Part shown: in pieces, positions 9,461 to 18,620 of the stretch
Numbering within the stretch: position 1 is the stretch's first letter
Layout: each line of letters begins with the position of its first letter
NCBI RefSeq assembly: GCF_000175255.2
Contig: NC_017262.1
Location: forward strand, 300,001 to 332,000
Origin: Zymomonas mobilis subsp. mobilis ATCC 10988
GTDB taxonomy: Bacteria > Pseudomonadota > Alphaproteobacteria > Sphingomonadales > Sphingomonadaceae
DNA: 32,000 nt
Direction of reading: 5' to 3'
Notes under the pieces: model-generated
Seen by the model: the letters and a program-made list of their open reading frames with translations, nothing else
What the model was told of the DNA's origin: nothing
Database searches by the model: none
Made by a program: the position numbers and the translations under genes

Positions 9461-9611
9461 AACAGCGCTTCTTTCTTTTAATGCCGAATAGTAAGGTGTT
9501 TTATGCCTTCGAGCTGTAATCATGGCATATTGCACAAAAATGACAGAAATCTGTTTTTTATAAATTTTTTAAAAAACATCTCCGCCTTTTTACGCTGGAA
9601 ACGAAGACATT

Positions 9612-9697
9612 CTGTCATATTTCTATCATAAAACTGCCTCCAAATTGTCATCAAATTGATAGAAAAACTGTCATAAGTGCCATTTATGAACTGTCCT
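9612..9697 (+). promoter_or_regulatory. Array of phased Pho-box half-sites (PhoB operator) upstream of the porin gene
   Basis: The half-sites are CTGTCAT(9612) attt CTATCAT aaaa CTGCCTC caaa TTGTCAT caaa TTGATAG aaaaa CTGTCAT(9668) aagt GCCATTT atgaa CTGTCCT. These are 7-nt repeats at 11-12 bp phase, matching the E. coli-type consensus CTGTCAT-N4-CTGTCAT. A possible -10 TATGAA lies at 9684-9689. Confidence 0.7.
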
Positions 9698-9725
9698 GCC
9701 GGAAAAGAATGTGCAGGAGCCTTTA

Positions 9726-11312
9726 ATGCAGCCTTTTTTTCAATCATTAAAAAGAAATAGCGCGCTCATACCCGCTTTAAGCATTTTAGCGTCTATTCCT
9801 GTGTTAGCGTCTCCTGCTCATGCCGTGATACCTTCTAAGAAGTTGAAATCAGGTCGTTTCTCGACACAGGCTGAAATCGCAAGACAAGCTGAAGAAATCC
9901 GGCAGCTTCATGCTGAAATTAAAGCTTTGGCGATGAAGCTGGATACCCAGAATAATGCCAAGACAACAGAATCAACCGCATTAGCACAGGCGCAAATACC
10001 GGCAGGCAGCTCATCCGCTGCCACAACGACGGCGCCTGACCAAAAAGCAGTCCCATCAGATGCCCAGTTAAAATTGGCAGCGGCGATTGATTCTATTCCA
10101 GATCAAGTTAATAAAGCCGTCGATAAACAGGTCGATAAGTCGCTTTCTCAACGACTGAATAAAAATCTAAAATTTGGCGACTGGTTCGCGAAAACCCATA
10201 TCGGGATGAGAATGTATTCCAATGCCAGCTGGGCGACCTATCGTTCTGATGGAAAGGCTGCGGCATGGATGCCGGCCCGAAATTCAGCGGCAACCTCGAT
10301 CAATACGCCCGCTGGTAATATTGGCTATGATACTAAAAATCGGCCAGTCGGAGATTCAATCGGCTTTGACCTGAAACGCTTTTATTTGATGGTTGACCAT
10401 AAATTTAATGACAACTGGGCTGCCCGTTTAACAACAGATGCCTCTTATATTTCTGGGGTGGGCGAAGCCATTTACATTAAACATGCTTATTTAGAAGGGA
10501 AGCAATCTGACGCGTTCTCGGTGCGTTTCGGTGCCGCTGACCTCCCATGGTTACCTTTTGTCGAAAATCTCTATGGGTATCGCTGGGTTGAAAATACCAC
10601 TTCAGAAAGAGCCAATTTCGCCACTTCGGCAGATTGGGGTATTTTTGCCATGGGTAAATTATGGAATGGCTTGGTCGAATATAATATGGCGGTTGTGGAC
10701 GGCTCCGGTTATCGTTCGCCTTTCCGTTCAAAAAATCCTGATTTTGAAGGTCGTATTAACGTCAATTATGCCGGATTTACCGTCGGCGGTGGGGCGCATA
10801 TCGGGCATCAAGGTCAAGAACGTGGCCAGATGGGCGAATATGTTTATAATGCCGCACAACGTTATAATGCGATTATCGCTTATGTGCATGGCCGTTTCCG
10901 TTTCGGTGCAGAATATTTCTATGCCAAGGATTTCACCAGCTCAGCCTTGGATTGTAATTTGAATGCCTGTGCATCCTCCAGTGATCTTTACAAAAAAGAT
11001 GCCGGTCAAGGCGCTGCTGGATGGGGGTCAGTTCGTATTTTTGATAAAGTCTCGCTATTCGGGCGCTATGACTGGGCGCAACCTTATATGAAAAGCGATT
11101 CTCATTTCAAAGATCACTATTTCAATGCGGGTATTGATTGGCAGCCCATTAACAATATTGATGTTGGCCTTGTCTATAAACAGGAAAATGTTACCAATCA
11201 CGGTTACACGGGCAGCGTGCCTATCTACATCAACACAACCAATGGCGCGCTGGGTGGTATGAGAAGTGCCTCTTACAAAGAATTAGGTATATTTACGAAT
11301 TTCAACTTCTAA
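9726..11312 (+). CDS. Outer-membrane porin, probably Pho-regulated phosphate-selective (OprO/OprP-like)
   Basis: The ATG at 9726 is preceded by AGGAG (9715-9719). Signal peptide ...VLASPAHA, an N-terminal coiled-coil-like segment, alternating beta-strand-like sequence, and a C-terminal ...TNFNF aromatic terminus. Divergent from pstS and directly behind the Pho-box array. The family assignment is contextual. Confidence 0.55.
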   Translation: MQPFFQSLKRNSALIPALSILASIPVLASPAHAVIPSKKLKSGRFSTQAEIARQAEEIRQLHAEIKALAMKLDTQNNAKTTESTALAQAQIPAGSSSAATTTAPDQKAVPSDAQLKLAAAIDSIPDQVNKAVDKQVDKSLSQRLNKNLKFGDWFAKTHIGMRMYSNASWATYRSDGKAAAWMPARNSAATSINTPAGNIGYDTKNRPVGDSIGFDLKRFYLMVDHKFNDNWAARLTTDASYISGVGEAIYIKHAYLEGKQSDAFSVRFGAADLPWLPFVENLYGYRWVENTTSERANFATSADWGIFAMGKLWNGLVEYNMAVVDGSGYRSPFRSKNPDFEGRINVNYAGFTVGGGAHIGHQGQERGQMGEYVYNAAQRYNAIIAYVHGRFRFGAEYFYAKDFTSSALDCNLNACASSSDLYKKDAGQGAAGWGSVRIFDKVSLFGRYDWAQPYMKSDSHFKDHYFNAGIDWQPINNIDVGLVYKQENVTNHGYTGSVPIYINTTNGALGGMRSASYKELGIFTNFNF

Positions 11313-11334
11313 TCGGGCATTATCTTATCGTTAT

Positions 11335-11372
11335 AAAAAAGAAGGCATCTTTTCGGGATGCCTTCTTTCTTT
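11335..11372. terminator. Bidirectional rho-independent terminator between the porin gene and mscL
   Basis: Perfect 9-bp stem GAAGGCATC (11341-11349) / GATGCCTTC (11357-11365), flanked by an A-run on the 5' side and a T-rich run on the 3' side. Confidence 0.8.
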
Positions 11373-11397
11373 AAATTGCCGAAAATTGTCGATAGAT

Positions 11398-11862
11398 TTA
11401 TTTTTTACCGCGTAATTCGTCGCGAATTTCACGCAGCAAGACAATATCTTCCGGCGTAGGTGCGGCTTCGGCAATTTTTTCTTCTTTTTTAGCTTCGGTT
11501 TTATCCAGCTCTTTTTGTAATTTAGCGGCAAGTTTCATAATCATGAACAAAATGAAAGCAACAATGACGAAATTGACAACAACCGTCAAAAATTGTCCAT
11601 AGCCGAAAAGCGGCACCCCGGCTTTTTTCAGATCATTATAGCTGGTTAATGATCCGGTATAACCGGCGGGGACAGCGCCCAAACGGATAAAAAATCCAGA
11701 GAAATCAACACCGCCAAAGACAGCACCGATGATCGGCATCAACAAATCGCCCGTTACAGAACTGATGATTTTGTTGAAAGCATCGCCCATAATGACCGCG
11801 ATACCTAAACCGAGCACATTGCCTTTGCTGATAAAATTCTTAAAATCAGTGAGTATTGACAT
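11398..11862 (-). CDS. mscL: Large-conductance mechanosensitive channel
   Basis: The start ATG at 11862 is preceded by AAGGAAG. MSILTDFKNFISKGNVLGLGIAVIMGDAFNKII... is the canonical MscL N-terminus and TM1. About 154 aa. Confidence 0.9.
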   Translation of the reverse strand: MSILTDFKNFISKGNVLGLGIAVIMGDAFNKIISSVTGDLLMPIIGAVFGGVDFSGFFIRLGAVPAGYTGSLTSYNDLKKAGVPLFGYGQFLTVVVNFVIVAFILFMIMKLAAKLQKELDKTEAKKEEKIAEAAPTPEDIVLLREIRDELRGKK

Positions 11863-12092
11863 AATCTTCCTTTTGCGATTCTGGAGATTTATCCTATCTT
11901 TAAAAGAGCGGATTCCCAAAATAAAATACGGGTCTCAAAAGCCGCTAAATAGTCCAAAACCGTGATTTTTGAATATAAAAAAGGCCATGATATTAAATAT
12001 TTTTTTCTGATATAGTAAATATGAAACATGGTCTGGATTTCATTTGTTCAATAACAAAATATATTGCATCCATCACTAACCGGAGATTTTTT

Positions 12093-12719
12093 ATGTCTTT
12101 GTTACGCCGAGCTTCTCCTTTTTTGCTTGCTCCGGTCGCCATCGTTTCTCTTTCAAGCTGCGGTATTAACCAGATACCCGCCGCCGAAGAAAACGCCAAA
12201 GCCCGCTGGGCAGATGTCCAGAATGAATATCAGCGCCGCGCTGATCTTATTCCCAATTTGGTGGCGACCGTAAAAGGCTATGCCAGCCATGAAAAAGATG
12301 TGCTGACCGCCGTGACCGAAGCCCGTGCGAAAGCAACGGCGATCAATGTAAAAGTTGATAACCCAGATTCTATGAAGCAATTTGCCGAGGCTCAAGGTCA
12401 TTTAAGCATGGCTTTGGGGCGGTTGATGTCTGTTCGGGAACAATATCCCCAGTTGCAGGCCGATCAGAATTTTCTGGCACTTCAGGCGCAATTAGAAGGC
12501 ACGGAAAACCGGATTACGATTGCCAGACGCGACTATAACGAAGCTGTCCAGCAGTATAATACCTTGGTCAGGACTTTCCCGAATGCCATTGGTGCCAAAA
12601 TATTCTATGGCGCGAAACCAATGACGCCTTACGAAGCGACAGCTACCAATGCCCAAGCAGCGCCTACCGTCAATTTTGACACGCCTGCCCCAACAACCCC
12701 GTCTAACAGCCAGAATTAA
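12093..12719 (+). CDS. lemA: LemA family lipoprotein
   Basis: The ATG at 12093 is preceded by GGAG. Lipobox LSSC. LemA-like core (RWADVQNEYQRRADLIPNLV...YPQLQA...L.G.ENRI...R..YN). Confidence 0.8.
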   Translation: MSLLRRASPFLLAPVAIVSLSSCGINQIPAAEENAKARWADVQNEYQRRADLIPNLVATVKGYASHEKDVLTAVTEARAKATAINVKVDNPDSMKQFAEAQGHLSMALGRLMSVREQYPQLQADQNFLALQAQLEGTENRITIARRDYNEAVQQYNTLVRTFPNAIGAKIFYGAKPMTPYEATATNAQAAPTVNFDTPAPTTPSNSQN

Positions 12720-12723
12720 TAAG

Positions 12724-13779
12724 ATGATGAAGCCGGTAGCTATGCATTCCCCCAGAAAAAATTTATCCTCCGGTTACCGGCTTTTCGGGCTGTTGCTGTT
12801 ATTTGTTTTTTTGGTTTTTGCCAAAAATGCTTCGGCTTTTGCCCAAAATTTTCCGGAACTTGGTGACCAATATGTGGTCGATGATGCTCAAATTCTGACT
12901 CCAGCTGACAAAACACAGCTCAATTCAGACTTGGCTATGATCGAAGCCAAAAGCGGACATCAAATGGTCGTAGTGACCTTAAGTGATCTTCAAGGATATG
13001 ACATCCGTGACTATGGCTATCGCTTAGGACGCTATTGGAAAATCGGTCATGCCAAAATCAATGATGGTCTGATCTTTTTAGTTTATACTAATCATAACCA
13101 AGATCATGGCCGGAAAGTCAGCGTCGAAGTCGGCTATGGATTAGAGGGGCAGATTCCTGATGCCTTGGCCTTTACCCTTCTTCATCAGAAGGTAACGCCC
13201 ATTATGAAAAAAGATCCCCGAAAAGGCATCAAAACGGCCGTGCAAATTTTCGGTGACCTTCTGACAGACCCCAATGACGAGTTGAGAAGTAAATCTCTAG
13301 CTGCAGAGCAAACTTACCAAAGTAAAAGAGCCACTGCTCCCCTACCCTCTGATGTAAAACCGCTACCGCCTATTCATCCTCTTTTCTGGATTATTTTGTT
13401 CTGTGGCGGCGGTTTGGTGATTATTGCTATGGTCAGTGAAGGCCAATATCGCTCACAAAAGAAACCACAAACTTTGTCGAGTAATCATGGGGTTTTGCCT
13501 CCTAGAACGCGGCTCCAGATATTCTTTGCGACTTTGTGGTCAGTTATTAAAACAATTTTTTCAGCCATTTATGCCGTTCTAAAATTCTTTTTGGCTGTTC
13601 TCTCCATTTTCTCGATCCTCTCTATGCTGTTTAACCGACGCGGCGGCGGTGGGGGCGGATCTTCCTCTGGCGGTGGTTTCTGGGGCGGTGGTAACGACGA
13701 TTCCGGCGGCAGTGACGATTCTTTCGGGGGGGGCGATGGTGGTTCTTTTGGCGGCGGTGGTGCCTCTGATGATTACTAA
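12724..13779 (+). CDS. TPM-domain (YgcG-like) membrane protein with a Gly-rich C-terminal tail
   Basis: Starts 5 nt after the lemA stop. Signal peptide/TM, a TPM-like core (VVDDAQILT...QMVVVTL..L.G.DI..Y...L...W.IG......G....), TM segments, and a GGGGGGSSSGGGFWGGG...GGGGASDDY tail. The lemA-TPM pairing is a known conserved arrangement. Confidence 0.7.
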   Translation: MMKPVAMHSPRKNLSSGYRLFGLLLLFVFLVFAKNASAFAQNFPELGDQYVVDDAQILTPADKTQLNSDLAMIEAKSGHQMVVVTLSDLQGYDIRDYGYRLGRYWKIGHAKINDGLIFLVYTNHNQDHGRKVSVEVGYGLEGQIPDALAFTLLHQKVTPIMKKDPRKGIKTAVQIFGDLLTDPNDELRSKSLAAEQTYQSKRATAPLPSDVKPLPPIHPLFWIILFCGGGLVIIAMVSEGQYRSQKKPQTLSSNHGVLPPRTRLQIFFATLWSVIKTIFSAIYAVLKFFLAVLSIFSILSMLFNRRGGGGGGSSSGGGFWGGGNDDSGGSDDSFGGGDGGSFGGGGASDDY

Positions 13780-13863
13780 AAATCACCGTTTTTTTGATGG
13801 GCTATTGCTTTAACCTATCAATAGTCCGTTACAGCCAGATTATGACTTTTTGAATAGGCGGAA

Positions 13864-14421
13864 ATGATGCCACATAACTCAAAATCCACATCCCAGCCTG
13901 AAACTGAAATACTTTATTCCGGCAAATTCATTATTCTAAAACGGCGCGGAACATGGGAATATGCCAGCCGTCCCCATAACATGGGAGCGGCTGTTATCCT
14001 CGCTCTCGATGGGGAATATGTTATTCTTGTCGAACAACCTCGTATCCCTTTTGGGGCGCATACGATTGAATTGCCTGCAGGTTTGATTGGGGATACCGAT
14101 TCACATGAATCGGTCGAAACCGCTGCCGCCCGTGAATTAATCGAAGAAACCGGATATAAAGCTGATATCATCGAAAATTTGGGTCAATTCGCCTCTTCCC
14201 CTGGCATGACATCAGAAAGCTTTTTTCTGGTGCGTGCCCAAAATCTTACCCGCATTTCAGAAGGTGGTGGCGTCGATGATGAAGAGATCACCGTCCATCG
14301 GGTGAAATTATCAGAATTACCGGATTTTCTGGAACAGAAACGACAGCAAGGTCTCGTCATTGACGCCAAATTGTTATTACTTTTGGGGTCAAATTTTCTG
14401 GGATTGTCTGTTTCTAAATAG
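13864..14421 (+). CDS. NUDIX hydrolase (ADP-ribose pyrophosphatase-like)
   Basis: Nudix box GLIGDTDSHESVETAAARELIEETGY (GX5EX7REUXEEXGU). 185 aa. Confidence 0.8.
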   Translation: MMPHNSKSTSQPETEILYSGKFIILKRRGTWEYASRPHNMGAAVILALDGEYVILVEQPRIPFGAHTIELPAGLIGDTDSHESVETAAARELIEETGYKADIIENLGQFASSPGMTSESFFLVRAQNLTRISEGGGVDDEEITVHRVKLSELPDFLEQKRQQGLVIDAKLLLLLGSNFLGLSVSK

Positions 14422-14433
14422 AAAATAAAAAGA

Positions 14434-14510
14434 TGGTGACCCCGGCGTGACTCGAACACGCAACATCCTGCTTAGAAGGCAGGTGCTCTATCCGGTTGAG
14501 CTACGGGGCC
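14434..14510 (-). tRNA. tRNA-Arg (anticodon TCT)
   Basis: The reverse complement folds as a 77-nt cloverleaf: acceptor GGCCCCG/CGGGGTC, D arm GCTC..GAGC, anticodon arm CCTGC-CTTCTAA-GCAGG, T arm GCGTG-TTCGAGT-CACGC, encoded CCA. Confidence 0.9.
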
Positions 14511-14614
14511 ACTAGCGCCATGCTCTATACGCATTTAATCGCAATTTTCAACCATTTAATATTTTTAGACGCTTTAATCTTTTAAAAATGCCTTTTCTGA
14601 TCGGACATCAGGCA

Positions 14615-14656
14615 CAAAAAATCCCCTTCTCTTCCAAAAGACAAGGGGATTTTTTT
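14615..14656 (-). terminator. Rho-independent terminator downstream of the TonB-dependent receptor gene
   Basis: 8-bp stem ATCCCCTT (14621-14628) / AAGGGGAT (14643-14650), with A/T runs on both sides (T-run on the minus strand). Confidence 0.75.
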
Positions 14657-14660
14657 GTTT

Positions 14661-17600
14661 TTAGAAATGGACTCCAACGGACATTTTAAAGGAACGTCCC
14701 ATCAGGCTTTCATAATAGCGTGTCACACTGATAGATCCCGGATATTTCGGAAGCGCATCCGTGATGTTGTTAACTATCAGGCTAGCATCAATATGGTCCG
14801 TAATTCTGTATCCTACCGTCATATTGAAATAGGCAAAATCAGGCCGTCTATTATTTTCATATGTTTTATCCGAAACCTGAACCGCATAACGCGCCTTACC
14901 ATACCAGATGGTCTGCCACTGGAAGGATAATCTATCACGGGTATAATTCATATTGATCGTGAAATTATCCTGCGGCTGCGTTGTGGTGCCGAACATGTCA
15001 TAAGTGCTTGTTAAGATTTTCTGCTCATTTTTGACATAATGAATGTAATTACCCGTTAACTCCACCGTTCCGGCTGAATCAGGCAACCCTAAACGACGCA
15101 GGGGAAGAACATAATTAATTTTGCCTTGAACAGCCTGCATATGTTGACTGGCAACATTGTAATATCCTTCGGCAAAATCAGTGACCTGATGCGTGGAAGG
15201 ATCACGGGTAAAGGCACCGCAATAACTACTGTTAGGATAAGATGAAGAGTCATAGCAGGCACTCATCAAATCACCGAGGCCAAGAGAGGTAATCTCGTTA
15301 TTGATTTTGACATCAATATAGGCGCCGTTGATGGTCAATCCCGGAACAAAATGGGGCGTAAAATCAACCGCTGCTGTAAAGCTGTGCGATGTCTCATTTT
15401 TCAAATGCGTGTTACCGCCACTCGTCCCCGGCATCGTCTGGTTAACGATCTGAGACTGGAAGTTGGTCGGGATACCTGCTGCTGCACAATTCGCCCGTCT
15501 CGTAGCCGGATTAGGGCCTGAATCCAAAAATTCATATGAGCAAGGATCATTTGCCGAACCATAAACAGTAGATTTTGTCGCGAATAATTCGGTCACCGAA
15601 GGATTCCGCACTGATTGGGCATAGTTGCCACTAAATCCGAAATCGCGCGTTGGCCACCATGTGCCGCCGAACATATAAGTCCAATAGCTTCCGGTCATAC
15701 TGTTATTGATATACCGACCATTGGCAGTCACCGAAAGATTATAGGCACCCGCCATATGCATATTGGGTGAAATCAGCGGGATATCCAATTCCCCAAAGGC
15801 TTCATGGGTATGATAAGCCCCGCTAACGGCTGTAATCGGTGCGGAATTACCATAGCGCCGCCTTGTTCCATCCGATAACAGTTCACCTTCGGCAAAACTT
15901 CCCGGATTGAAATTATAACTTTCACGGCGATGTTCGTAACCAATATCCCAGCGGATATCGCCTGCTGGAAGTTTGGCAATAGTGCTGTTGATTTCAGCCT
16001 GAATATCGCGCTGGGAATTGCGGTTTTTGCTATGCACATCAGAAATGACATAGTCTTTCGCAGCTTGCGACATCTGGTTAAATCCAAATGGATTCAACGG
16101 CGAACAGGTCGAACTTCTGGTGGCTGCTGTTGAATTCACATATCCGGCGGCACAAACAATATTGCCGGCGGCATCGGTTGTTGCATTCAAAGCATTGATG
16201 AAATTTTGGGTGTTGATCGAAGGCTGCCAAGTATTATTGAAATATTGGCTATATTCCCCCGCTATTTTCCAGTTAAAATGCCGTCCAAAAGCATTAAAAT
16301 CACCATCAAGACCACCTTGTAACCGATACATTTGGTCTTTGGTTCTGAACATACCCGCATCCAGATCCTGATTAAGCCTTTCCATATAAAAAGTATCAGT
16401 GGGCTGACCGGCGGCCTTCAAGGCATTGACAATAGTTGTGCGTTCTGCCGCTGTCAGGAAGGGATTATTCGTGCTTAAAGTTAACGGGCCATTGACATCG
16501 GTATAACCCGTATAGGAATCTCCGTTTAAATAGCTATCCATGGTCATGGGGCCTTGGAAGCCCGTATCCTGCCACGTGCCTTGCCCTACCTGACTTTTGG
16601 CTTCACCGCGCTGATACCATCCTTGCCATGTGGCATGGATATGGTCGCTCAAATCATAATGGCCAAGGGTTGTCAGATTGAGGGTCTTAGATGGAGTATA
16701 TATCTGGCTGTAATCACTAAGCGCGATACCATTACCCCCTAATCCATAATAATTATCACGAATTAAGGTATCAGCCGTCAATGGGACGAGGGATTTACCA
16801 TCCTGACTGAACATCGCGGCTTGATTGCCATTCCCTGACGGTACACCCAGATCAATCTGATTGAGATAGGTCGGATAAGATCCCATAGTGCCGGCCGTAA
16901 GCGGCATACCTGTCACCGAACTTTGGATATAACGCCGTCCCTTGGTAAAGACATAAGAATAAGGTGACGTGCTGCCTACAGGCCGATGGGAATAAGAGGT
17001 CTTTTCCGAACCAAATACATTATTTCTGTCTTTGGCAAGGACACCGCCACTATGACGATATTCAACGTCAAAGACGATACCGCCCCGCCCTTCATTGAAT
17101 TCAGTGCCCCCTTTAAAATAGATTTTTTCCTGAGGCGCTTTTAATCTTTGGGTAAAGCCGCCTTGCGCATTAAAATCGATGCCCTTGAAGTGATCATCCA
17201 ATTGATAATTGACCACACCGGCAACCGCATCGGCACCATAGCTCGCGCCCGCACCACCGTATTTGGTATCAATCTTTTTAATCAAAGAAGTCGGAATGGT
17301 GCCAACATCTACCTGCGAACCGGAACCGGCACCAAAAATCGAGGCAGTCGCCCCGCCAACCATTCTCATACCATTAATCAATGTCAGGGTGCGCTGGTCA
17401 CCCAAATTGAAAAGAGAAACGAAAGATTGTCCTGCGCCATAGCTACTTTGTGACCCGATAGGGCTATTATTGGGGACTGAAAAAGCCGGATTTTCACGCA
17501 ACAAAGCCAATCCTATATCGCTATAGCCGCGCGTTTTAATCTGTTCTTCGCCCAAGGTTGAACCCGCCATCACATTGGAAAGGCGAGATTTCGACAAACG

Positions 17601-17837
17601 CGTTCCCGTAACCGTGATGGTATTGGTATCACTTGTCGAATTATGGTCTTTATCCTTGGTTTTATCTGTTTTTTTATCTGTAGATGACGCCTTGGGTGCA
17701 TCCGATAGATTGATGACGGATGGTATATTATCCGACAAAACAGGGCTTTGAACCTGTTCATTGTCCGCCTGAGCCGCCAAAGCTGGTGCAACAAAAGAAG
17801 AAATGCTGGCTAACAAGCCGAGACGGAATAAAGGCAC
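14661..17837 (-). CDS. TonB-dependent outer-membrane receptor (large, 1058 aa)
   Basis: Signal peptide ...APALAAQA, plug-domain start ...NTITVTGTRL, long beta-barrel-like sequence, and a C-terminal ...FKMSVGVHF terminal Phe. The start is a GTG, and an upstream in-frame ATG is separated from it by a TGA (see findings). Confidence 0.85.
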   Translation of the reverse strand: MPLFRLGLLASISSFVAPALAAQADNEQVQSPVLSDNIPSVINLSDAPKASSTDKKTDKTKDKDHNSTSDTNTITVTGTRLSKSRLSNVMAGSTLGEEQIKTRGYSDIGLALLRENPAFSVPNNSPIGSQSSYGAGQSFVSLFNLGDQRTLTLINGMRMVGGATASIFGAGSGSQVDVGTIPTSLIKKIDTKYGGAGASYGADAVAGVVNYQLDDHFKGIDFNAQGGFTQRLKAPQEKIYFKGGTEFNEGRGGIVFDVEYRHSGGVLAKDRNNVFGSEKTSYSHRPVGSTSPYSYVFTKGRRYIQSSVTGMPLTAGTMGSYPTYLNQIDLGVPSGNGNQAAMFSQDGKSLVPLTADTLIRDNYYGLGGNGIALSDYSQIYTPSKTLNLTTLGHYDLSDHIHATWQGWYQRGEAKSQVGQGTWQDTGFQGPMTMDSYLNGDSYTGYTDVNGPLTLSTNNPFLTAAERTTIVNALKAAGQPTDTFYMERLNQDLDAGMFRTKDQMYRLQGGLDGDFNAFGRHFNWKIAGEYSQYFNNTWQPSINTQNFINALNATTDAAGNIVCAAGYVNSTAATRSSTCSPLNPFGFNQMSQAAKDYVISDVHSKNRNSQRDIQAEINSTIAKLPAGDIRWDIGYEHRRESYNFNPGSFAEGELLSDGTRRRYGNSAPITAVSGAYHTHEAFGELDIPLISPNMHMAGAYNLSVTANGRYINNSMTGSYWTYMFGGTWWPTRDFGFSGNYAQSVRNPSVTELFATKSTVYGSANDPCSYEFLDSGPNPATRRANCAAAGIPTNFQSQIVNQTMPGTSGGNTHLKNETSHSFTAAVDFTPHFVPGLTINGAYIDVKINNEITSLGLGDLMSACYDSSSYPNSSYCGAFTRDPSTHQVTDFAEGYYNVASQHMQAVQGKINYVLPLRRLGLPDSAGTVELTGNYIHYVKNEQKILTSTYDMFGTTTQPQDNFTINMNYTRDRLSFQWQTIWYGKARYAVQVSDKTYENNRRPDFAYFNMTVGYRITDHIDASLIVNNITDALPKYPGSISVTRYYESLMGRSFKMSVGVHF

Positions 17838-18416
17838 GGGTCATCTTGAAGAAAGCCCATAACGATTTTTCATAGATTGTACCCCCCCATTGGTAAAATC
17901 GTGAAATTTTCAATTATGCTCGCTTCATTTTTGTAACATGATAATATTTATTAGCAATAGTATTGTTGTTAAATTTCTCAAAATAATTTATTTATAGTGA
18001 TATAAAATAACTTTATAAGTTTAATTCATTTTAAAACGAATAAAGTTAACATTTAAATTACTAATTTGTATTTTTTAATTAAAATAAATTAGCTTTTTAA
18101 GAACAAAAATATCATTAAAAATACCTTTTAAGTAAATTTATTCCAAAATGCTGAATGAAAATATTTTATTAAAATAAAAATTTTATTTTTATAATAGCTT
18201 TATTCTATAAAACTTTGATGCAAAAGCCCTCTAAAATGGATCGAAAATTGAGCGTTTTTGTAAATTTTTTTTTCAAAAAACGACGATCATCCAAGGATTT
18301 TTATCATTAAAAAATTTCATTTTATGATTTAAAAAATCTATAACCCCGACAAATCAACCGTTTGAACGGATTCGAACCCGCCTCCAAGCAGAATTTTCAC
18401 CCCTTATGCTAAAATA

Positions 18417-18432
18417 ATACTGTATCTAGTGG
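18417..18432. promoter_or_regulatory. Candidate NrdR box upstream of the class I RNR gene
   Basis: ATACTGTATCTAGTGG matches 12/16 positions of the remembered NrdR consensus acaCwAtATaTwGtgt. A weaker second site (10/16) lies at 18477-18492, at non-canonical spacing. Confidence 0.3.
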
Positions 18433-18620
18433 GCTGATGAAAATATCATATACCAGATAATGATTTTACTACGCCTCCAAAATGTATATGGATGCGGCAA
18501 ATAGAATGGCTCTTTCGCATTTTTCGAAAGGAATCATCCCTTCGATTAGAGGATAAGACCCTTCGGAAAATCGCTTTTCATTTTAACGGTTAGAATTTTC
18601 GGGCATTAGGAAATAAAGCT

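Noticed and set aside
13621-13779. GGC/GGT-rich repetitive DNA at the end of the TPM gene, and CCG-rich repeats at 22760-22830.
   Set aside because: These are low-complexity coding sequence (a Gly-rich tail and poly-Pro linkers), not repeat elements or CRISPR-like arrays.
18355-18400. GGATTCGAACCCGCC, the reverse complement of a tRNA T-arm-like GGGTTCGAATCC, upstream of nrdA. It could be a tRNA gene, a tRNA 3' remnant, or a permuted tmRNA piece.
   Set aside because: The T-stem does not pair. There is no acceptor stem, no CCA and no anticodon arm on either side, and no tag-peptide frame. It is at most a decayed fragment.
18330-18620. Possible cobalamin riboswitch in the nrdA leader.
   Set aside because: No B12-box-like core or multi-stem architecture was recognised. 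The enzyme looks class I, not B12-dependent.
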